A stretch of 59,174 nt of DNA, the filler included, from Porpidia crustulata (lineage: Eukaryota): the NCBI GenBank assembly GCA_964255105.1. It is 4 parts of 4 records of this genome, joined end to end, with 100 filler letters (N's around TTAATTAATTAA, not from the genome) between each part and the next. Parts side by side here need not be neighbours in the genome. Positions count along the whole stretch, not along the records: positions 44,476 to 59,174 come from CAXUWE010000363.1; 3 more parts are not named here. One strand, written 5' to 3'. Positions 51,984 to 59,174 of this stretch are shown here, piece by piece. The position numbers were made by a program, and so were the translations under genes. The notes under the pieces are model-generated. The model did no database searches. It worked only from the letters and a program-made list of their open reading frames with translations, and had not been told where the DNA came from. Within the stretch, counting starts at the first letter, position 1, and every line of letters begins with the position of its first letter.

Positions 51984-52917
51984 GTCGCTGAGACCAGGAT
52001 TGATACGACTTGACGATATCACGCCATGACACTCCCTCTACTGGATATACGTGTCAATACGAAAGGCGCAGGATTGCCTCAGGTCGGGACGGATGATGTT
52101 GAGGGCAAGCATAGAGGTGCGGTACAGAGGTATAGTGGGGTGAGGCTCGACGTGGAGATCTGGGTGAGGTACTTAGTGTCCTAGCTCGCGACTAAGAACT
52201 TTAGGGTAGAGTACCGTTTGGCAGTCCCCAACGACGCAACGTTTATCTTCGCTACCCCCCATAGCCGTGGCTCACAGAGTGCCAGCGCTTCGTGCATCAT
52301 GCAAAGAATTGGTCTTTCGTGCTATCTTCTTGAGGGAGCGCTACTCCACGTGTTTCCTGTCGAAGGTTCGACGTCCCTCCAGCAGTAGGGACTGTTCGGT
52401 ACGCGCCCAAGATAGAACCCAAGCTGGGCGCGTAAAATACTGCATTCTCGCCCAATCAGTCCTGCTACCGTCGACCTGTCCAAATTAATGGCGCCATTAC
52501 CACAAACTCGGGCCCGATGATTGGCCTTGTCACTTCTGCGTCTGTTCTCGTTTTGGATGCTCAAATAGCGCTACAATCATGCAAGTACTCTACTTTCCTG
52601 GCTATCTCTGTTTCGCTAGGGAAACCACAAATGTGCAACCGCCAGCGTGCGCAGTTGCTAAGTACCTATTTACATGGGCCAAGATTATAAGTCAACCATG
52701 GCTGCAAGCCCTCTTGCTTTTGATGACTCAATCTGCTTTCTGTTTCCACTACTTTCACTTTGTCTTTTGTATTTCGCATTCCCATTTCTGGTGCTGCTCG
52801 TTGATCGACTATACCCAACTTTAGATCCGTTGATCGGAATCGCATAATCTTTCATAATATTCGTTGGTCTAGCTTTCTATAATCCCAATTCCGGTACAGA
52901 CAAGCTCTGTCTCAGTA

Positions 52918-55767
52918 ATGGAGTGCTTTCTACTTCCAGCGACTACATATGTTCCTCCAGCCCGGCAGGTCCGGAAGCAAAAACTTAATACAATAATAGA
53001 GGATGAGAGGAGCGAGGATGAAGTAAACGGTAGTGACGAAGAAAGGGAGGATCTAGGACGAGGAAGGTCTCTTTTATCGCTCAATCCTCGATCCATGAAT
53101 TCGACCTCTCCTGTGCCTTCTTTAACATCGTCCGTTTCATCGTACTACAGAAATAAACGACGGTCTCGAGATTTCGACGATTTGTATGATGTCTCCGACG
53201 AAGAGTCCATACCCGAGCATGAAATTGCTATGAGCAGCCGCTCTGTGTCGCCAGAGAGCCTTCCTGGTTTCAAAGAGGCGCGAGGTCGATGTGCTTCGCT
53301 GGTTATACCTTCCCCAGGCTATTGGCCTACAATCCAGAAAATGCAGAATCTCAATCCAGCCCTACCGCCAAAAATCCCAATCTCACCAGCAGCGTTATCT
53401 TTACTAGCACGCGAGCTTCCGAGCGTGAGTAGACCACCTTCGCTAGATGGGAGTTACACTTCAGATCCACTCGCTCGGTCGACAGCACCCCCTACCCCAA
53501 CCATAGAGGTCCACTCTGACAATGGAGATATGTGGGGCGAGGCAAGCATCATGGCCAAACCAAATGTTGATCGCGAGACTGTCTTCTTCGACGTAGACGG
53601 TTCGCCAGACCTTGAGATGCGGATGGATGATGCATGTCGATGGTATAATAGGGCTGGGGTTGTCTCCGAAGAGGCGACAATCGTCAGAGATTTTGCTTGC
53701 AGTACCAAATATGCCATGTCCGATAGTCCCGTACCGGACAGTCCAGTCCTAGGCACAGATGATGGAGATTCAGAAATGGGCGTCCAACTTCCCTCCGAAG
53801 CACTGGTAACTTTGCAACACCTATCACTTGACATTCCATTCAAACCAAATTTCGCATCGGAGGCAGAAACCAGTGAAGAGATGAGAGAAGTGCAACTTCA
53901 ACGGCCTCGCCCACATAGTGTAGAGATGACACCATTATCGCAGATGTCTGATTATAGCATATCTCAGCTCAGCATTCCTTCTCCAGGTGGATTCTTTGCC
54001 TCTCTCGATTCCAATACTAGGTACACATGGTGTGTTGGTGGATCACATCCTACTTCTGCAGCACCCCCTTCGTCCACCACAGCTGAGCAATTCTACAATT
54101 GTCCCTGGAATAAGGAGCCTTCTGCAATGATTGAAAGCATCATTGAGGTCGATGACACGGACACAGATGGACCGCCTACAGCGCGTCAAATGCCGTTTAT
54201 CACAGACACCCAGGATCAGCTGCAACCAAAAATCGAACCTTCACCAACTACACCTTCAATTGACCCACGACAAGATTTCGATGAGGGTTACGAGTCTGGA
54301 ATCCTACAAACAGCTGAGGAAAGCCTAGACAGGACCAGCGTTTGGCTTGCGGCACAGACATCGTACATGTCTGCTCTGCGAGAAACTAACCCGGTCAATG
54401 ATGCTGGCGACCTATCTCGGATGAACAGTCAGCATGTTCAAATAGATTCCCTAGACTCTCCCATGAAGAAAGCTGTTCACTTCGTCGAGAGCGAGGTAGC
54501 CCACAGAGACCTCAAAAGCGCAGAAAAACCCGGGGAATCTGATTCGATCTACTATCATGCTTTTCAACACGTCGCCAATGACACAAAAGTTGCTGATGCT
54601 TTTAGGCATCGTTCCGAGCGGTCGAACTCAATTCAGGCAAATAGGCTCTGCCTTCCGGACGAGCATCTTGATCGTCTTAGGGGTGATTGTAACATCATTG
54701 AGACAGACCGCCCCTTGCGTCCTCGACCTATCTCGATGTTCCCCGGGAAGGAGATGGATGCAGACGAGCAGACTGCCGAGCAGAAAGCCATCGCCCGTAT
54801 CGAAAGGGAACGCCAGGCATTGCAACAAGTCACTGCGTCAATGTGGGTTGTTGAAGCTTCCAAGTTCCTAAGCGGGGGAAATCTTCTTAATAGCCCAGCC
54901 GTCAACGCCCTGGCCCAAGTACCTAGCTCGTCCAAAATTGAAGCCAACACCAGGATAGATTGCATTCGCGTACTTGACCTTGGAGGCCAACCCAATGGCG
55001 ACTGGGCTTGGCATTGTGCAAGGGAATTTCCAGAAGCTAAAGTCTACACGGCAACGACTGAGGTACACCTTGTGAACTCAAGCATTCGCGGCCCTCGAAA
55101 CCACCGTAAAGCTGCAGTCTCTAAGCTCTGGGAACTTCCATTCCCAGACCATCACTTTGATGCTATCTCGGCGCGGTCGTTGTTCAGATACCTCAAGCGC
55201 GAGAAACCTCTAGGGGAGAACGTCGATGAGTACGACCTGTGTCTTCGCGAGTGCCTTCGATGTCTCAAGCCTGGTGGATACCTCGAATATTTCTTGCTTG
55301 ACTCGGAGCTCGTCAACTCGGGATCTCGGGGTGTCGCCGTATCGGTGGAGTTTGGCTTCAATCTGAGGACTAGAGGCTACGATCCGCTCCCAACAAAGAC
55401 ATGGCTCGGTCGAGTGCGAAGGGCTGGATTTGACGATATCAAGAGAGCTTGGACCTTCTTGCCCATGGGATCTCCTGTGAAAGAAAATTTTGTTTTGCCA
55501 GAAACCCCACCACCGGATGTCTCGACCTACGCAGACAAGGCAGAAGCTGTACAGGGCCCGGTAGGATCTACCGTTGATGCGGCTGATCTTACTGGGCTTG
55601 TGGGAAGCTGGGCGTGGGAGCAGTGGATGTTGAAGTTGCAGACAGAGATGGGGAAGGAGCGGCTGCTTGAGGGCGTGAGTGCGGTGTTGGAAGAGGGGAA
55701 GACCACTGGGGCGGGGTGGAAGTGTTTGAGTGGATGGGCGAGAAAGCCGGTCGAGAGAGCTATTTGA
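52918..55767 (+). CDS. Large protein with Ser/Pro-rich disordered N-terminus and C-terminal class I SAM-methyltransferase-like domain
   Basis: 949-aa ORF with RVLDLGG, LPFPDHHFDAISARSL and ECLRCLKPGGYLEY motifs. Confidence 0.85.
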   Translation: MECFLLPATTYVPPARQVRKQKLNTIIEDERSEDEVNGSDEEREDLGRGRSLLSLNPRSMNSTSPVPSLTSSVSSYYRNKRRSRDFDDLYDVSDEESIPEHEIAMSSRSVSPESLPGFKEARGRCASLVIPSPGYWPTIQKMQNLNPALPPKIPISPAALSLLARELPSVSRPPSLDGSYTSDPLARSTAPPTPTIEVHSDNGDMWGEASIMAKPNVDRETVFFDVDGSPDLEMRMDDACRWYNRAGVVSEEATIVRDFACSTKYAMSDSPVPDSPVLGTDDGDSEMGVQLPSEALVTLQHLSLDIPFKPNFASEAETSEEMREVQLQRPRPHSVEMTPLSQMSDYSISQLSIPSPGGFFASLDSNTRYTWCVGGSHPTSAAPPSSTTAEQFYNCPWNKEPSAMIESIIEVDDTDTDGPPTARQMPFITDTQDQLQPKIEPSPTTPSIDPRQDFDEGYESGILQTAEESLDRTSVWLAAQTSYMSALRETNPVNDAGDLSRMNSQHVQIDSLDSPMKKAVHFVESEVAHRDLKSAEKPGESDSIYYHAFQHVANDTKVADAFRHRSERSNSIQANRLCLPDEHLDRLRGDCNIIETDRPLRPRPISMFPGKEMDADEQTAEQKAIARIERERQALQQVTASMWVVEASKFLSGGNLLNSPAVNALAQVPSSSKIEANTRIDCIRVLDLGGQPNGDWAWHCAREFPEAKVYTATTEVHLVNSSIRGPRNHRKAAVSKLWELPFPDHHFDAISARSLFRYLKREKPLGENVDEYDLCLRECLRCLKPGGYLEYFLLDSELVNSGSRGVAVSVEFGFNLRTRGYDPLPTKTWLGRVRRAGFDDIKRAWTFLPMGSPVKENFVLPETPPPDVSTYADKAEAVQGPVGSTVDAADLTGLVGSWAWEQWMLKLQTEMGKERLLEGVSAVLEEGKTTGAGWKCLSGWARKPVERAI

Positions 55768-56414
55768 GTTTAGGATAGCAACACACTCTTTTGTATCTAA
55801 ACTATCCAGTATGCTGTTAACGTCCGTCCCTGTATCGCGGAAAACCCACCGTGCCGGAAAATATGATAGGTACTTTAACTTCAAGCGACTGTAGCTCTGC
55901 GCACACGTCGAGCTTCAGTATTATGAGGTATACATCGTGTGCTGTGACTACTTTGAAACATTTATAACTTTTTTGACCCGTAAATTATATTCGCACCATC
56001 GCCTTCTTTTACGGTGAAATAATCTTCCTTCTTTGCAGTACTACTATGACGTCTTTATCACTTATTGTTCACATACAAAGATTTATCCCAGCCTTAAAAT
56101 CTTGCTACGATAATAGGAAGTCATCATAGGCTCTGTGTTCACTGTCCCGCGCAAATTCATACAAAGGCGCCACCCCGGTCGGTACTTTCGATCAAAGCAG
56201 TTGCCGATCTTGGCTAGCGCCAAACGACCCTGTATGGCCCTCGTAACAATTATCGTGTATCTTACTTTGGTTGTCAGTAAGCTAAGCATGACTGACAGGC
56301 TTATGGCTGTTCGTACACTCGGAACAGGAAGATCCGACTCCGGAGCACTCAGCCAATAGGCTACACTTATTAGCCACAATGATGATAAAACCTGCTCTCT
56401 AGCTATATCTCGTA

Positions 56415-57694
56415 CCATCTTGCAGGGTTATCAATTGTTAGTACGCTCGCTTAGCCCCCATGCTAGCGTCTGATTTTCAATGCCAGAATATCCGGCCCTT
56501 AATTCAGCAAATTTTCACCTTTTTGATCAAATATTCAAGCAAATCAATTGCTTTAAATCACCCACCTACCTACTTATCTATGGAGCCTCCGAGCACCCCA
56601 AAAAAGCAAAAGGATCTATCTCGCGATGACCGGCTAAAAGTGCAAGCGCTCCGAAGCAGTGGGTGGAATTATTCCAAAATCGCCGATTTCATGAAAATAA
56701 GCCTTCGGCAGGTCCAATACGCCTGCTCCATGCGGCCAACTCCTCAAAAAGCTCTAACGGGTCGGAAATCAATAATCGATGCTATATCTCGTCAATTTCT
56801 AGTTGAATTTGTATGTGCTCCAGCGGAGAATCGGCAGATGCCCTATCATGAAATTCCTTGGAAGCTTGGATGGGATGTTTCAGAAGGTGCCATTCGCTCA
56901 GCCCTAAAAAGGAGGGATTTGCTCGGAGAATCACTTGGAGAAAGCCTTCTATTTCGGAGAAAAATCGACTGCTTCGATTAGCCTGGGCTCATGAGCATTT
57001 GAATTGGACCAAAGAACAGTGGCAAACTATACTGTGGAATGACGAAACATGGGTCAATGGTAGCCGTCATAAACCAGTATGGGTCACACGCCGAGCACAT
57101 GAAGCATTGAATCCCACGTGTGTTATATCTCGTTCTCCTGGCAGAGGGGGGTGGATGTTTTGGGGATGCTTTTCGGGATCAATCAAGGGACCTTCCATTT
57201 TTTGGGAGAAAGATTGGGGTTCAATCAACAAGGAGTCATATTGTGAGCATATCGTACCTGTAATTCATGGCTGGATGAGAATTACTCCAGGGCTTCTCTC
57301 AATGCAAGATAACGCTCCCGGGCACTCCGCACAATACACCAAAGCGGAGCTTTAAGATAGGGGTATTGGGGTGGTGGAATGGCCCCCATATTCACCGGAT
57401 TTGAACCCCATTGAAGAGGTATGGAACATCATGAAGAATTGGATTCAGGGGCATTATGGCAATCAGGACAAGCTCTCCTACGATACCCTAAGAAAAGCAG
57501 TAGGGGAAGCATGGGATGCTGTCACTTCGGATCAGCTAGATGGGCTGATTAACAAATGCCTGATCGTTGCCAGGCCGTTATTGATTCAGATGGAAAACCA
57601 ACTAGATTTTAGGATAGATATACTGGCCATAAGCGATGTCAGATCGGGTATAGCCAAAAGCCACGTATTAACAATTGATAACCCTGCAAGATGT
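56415..57694 (+). mobile_element. Tc1/mariner DNA transposon, 1280 bp, flanked by TA
   Basis: Inverted repeats 56411-56445 and 57664-57698 match at 33/35 (core CATCTTGCAGGGTTATCAATTGTTA). TA at 56413-56414 and 57695-57696. A transposase remnant lies inside. Confidence 0.93.
56580..57612 (+). pseudogene. DD34E Tc1-type transposase, disrupted
   Basis: HTH N-terminus, WNDETW, QDNAPGH and WPPYSPDLNPIE, with 34 residues between the second D and the E. Frameshifts near 56905-56910 and 57551-57558; in-frame TAA at 57353-57355. Confidence 0.92.
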
Positions 57695-58745
57695 TACGTA
57701 GCAAGCATATGCAAACTCATTTTCTGCCATATTGTCTGGTTACCTACGCTCAGTGTCCGTGTCAGACTACTGTCTCTTTCGCCAATTATTATACGCGCTG
57801 AATTCGGGCCGGTCTTGCCGTCGCGGATTGGCGCGACCCCGCACGCGATGTGTCCTCCCCTTCGAGCGGCCCCGCTGCTGCTCCTCGCCAAAAAACCTTG
57901 CCGCCAGCTATTAAGCTGCTCCGCAAGGTGAGTCACAGCGCCTTAGAGTAAGGTTGGTTTTGCTGTGCGGCAAGCTTGATTCCTAATTGCTCAATTAGTG
58001 TAAGTTAATGCTTGTTGGTTGGCGAATAGGATCTGATTAGCGTGACGAGTTCAACTGACCCTTGAATTAATATCCATCCCTAGGGCCAAAACCTCCCTAC
58101 CTAACGAAACGCTGCAAAGGCACTTCCGATCTCAACAAAGTCGGGACCTCCCACTATGAGCTGACTATGCAAATACCTGCTTCCGATCTTTTGTCGAAAG
58201 CTTCTCCAGGATTATCCGCTTGTTGAAGTCGAAAATTACAATCTTCTTAACATTAGATTACAGCAAAACCTCCAGACGGAGCAGGAGTGTTGCTATCACC
58301 GCAACAGCTTTTTACACGCTTTTGAAGCTCTAAGAACGAGACATTTAGGACTAATATGCCAATACAATTCAAGAGGATGTATCTCGGATGCATCATACTT
58401 CTACTGAGCAACTTCTTCGCCATTTCATCCCAGTCATTGAGCGGCTTAAGTACATCTCGGAGATAATTTGTCTTATCCGAGGTTGATCCTGCAAACCTCT
58501 AGAAACTAGTCATAGAAGATCCGAGCAATACGCTGCTAGAAACAGATATGGACATTACGAGTCATTCATGGTCGCTCGCTTTGCCTATTGCACCTCCTTC
58601 ATCTGGCTCAAAAGGCCACGTAAATTTGCTATGGCACTTTTACCCTCGCTCCTCTAGCCTGCTCCTCGTTAAGAAGGTTATAGCTACACAGAACAAAGGG
58701 TAAGATAAGCTAGTCGGAGTGATCGATTTCATCTTCTCTATCCTC

Positions 58746-59174
58746 CTACTCACGCAGAGTTTGAAGCGAGATCTCCGTACCTGGATGCTCCGGGCCAAGA
58801 ATCTGGTTCCGTAGCTCAAAGCAGTTTTTCATCAAGGAAATGGCCTCATTGTTGCGGCTTTGAGACTTCCATGTATATGCGAGATTGTGCATTCTTGTCA
58901 GTATAGATGGATGCTCCTCGCCCAGCACCCTCTTGCTTGTCTCCATCACTCGCACTTGTAGCTCTTCGGCCTCCTTCCATCGCCCTTGATTCCGGTATGT
59001 CGAGGCCAGATTGGCCATGCTGCTCAGCGTGTCAGGATGCTCCTCGCCCAGCACCCTCTTCGTTGTCTCCATCACTCGCACCTCTAGCTCTTCGGCCTCC
59101 TTCCATCGCCCTTGATTCTGGTATGTCGAGGCCAGATTGGCCATGCTGCTCAGCGTGTCAGGATGCTCCTCGCC
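58746..59174 (-). CDS. C-terminal TPR (kinesin-light-chain-like) region of a probable fungal NLR-like protein; 5' part outside the window
   Basis: 42-aa repeats LGEEHPDTLSSMANLASTYxNQGRWKEAEELxVRVMETxKRV, ending MHNLAYTWKSQ...LGPEHP. Confidence 0.88.
   Translation of the reverse strand, partial: GEEHPDTLSSMANLASTYQNQGRWKEAEELEVRVMETTKRVLGEEHPDTLSSMANLASTYRNQGRWKEAEELQVRVMETSKRVLGEEHPSILTRMHNLAYTWKSQSRNNEAISLMKNCFELRNQILGPEHPGTEISLQTLRE
58911..59174 (-). repeat. 126-bp near-identical tandem repeats encoding TPR units
   Basis: Units 58911-59036 and 59037-59162 differ at 5 of 126 positions. A third unit begins at the window edge. Confidence 0.93.

Noticed and set aside
57613..57931. C-terminal extension of ORF 57371..57931
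   Set aside because: Produced by the transposase frameshift; it reads through the right TIR into flanking DNA.

Overview
Intron-containing, gene-dense DNA from a filamentous ascomycete (Pezizomycotina; a lichen-forming lineage is plausible but cannot be shown from the sequence). The window is not one locus. Three identical artificial spacers (44 N + TTAATTAATTAA + 44 N) split it into four pieces of 14734, 14721, 14720 and 14699 bp. This fits size-sorted contigs joined end to end, and genes are cut off at the joins. Piece 1: Arg/Glu-rich DUF8035-type protein, RfeG-like protein, DNA polymerase eta, a small unannotated two-exon gene, a GST-like gene and an inositol 5-phosphatase. Piece 2: DUF4188-type gene (partial), TIP20/RINT1, a DNA ligase I paralogue, white collar-1, a Ras-like GTPase and SDS23 (partial). 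Piece 3: MAK5 (partial), TRM7, BCKDH E1-alpha, BFR2, SAF4/CCDC130, RAD4/XPC and a hypothetical gene (partial). Piece 4: PSO2/SNM1, an SH3BGR-like gene, RPE1, a large methyltransferase-domain protein, a decayed 1280-bp Tc1/mariner DD34E element with near-intact TIRs, and the 3' end of an NLR-type TPR gene. The most unusual signals are a ~137-nt fold-back filling the MAK5/TRM7 bidirectional promoter, TPR repeats that differ only in amino-acid-changing codons, two in-frame stops in the conserved BFR2 tail, and CGCGT clusters upstream of the DNA-repair genes. I found no clearly new multi-gene system. The apparent UV-repair/photoreceptor cluster is spread over four unlinked pieces. All gene names come from motif recognition, not database searches.
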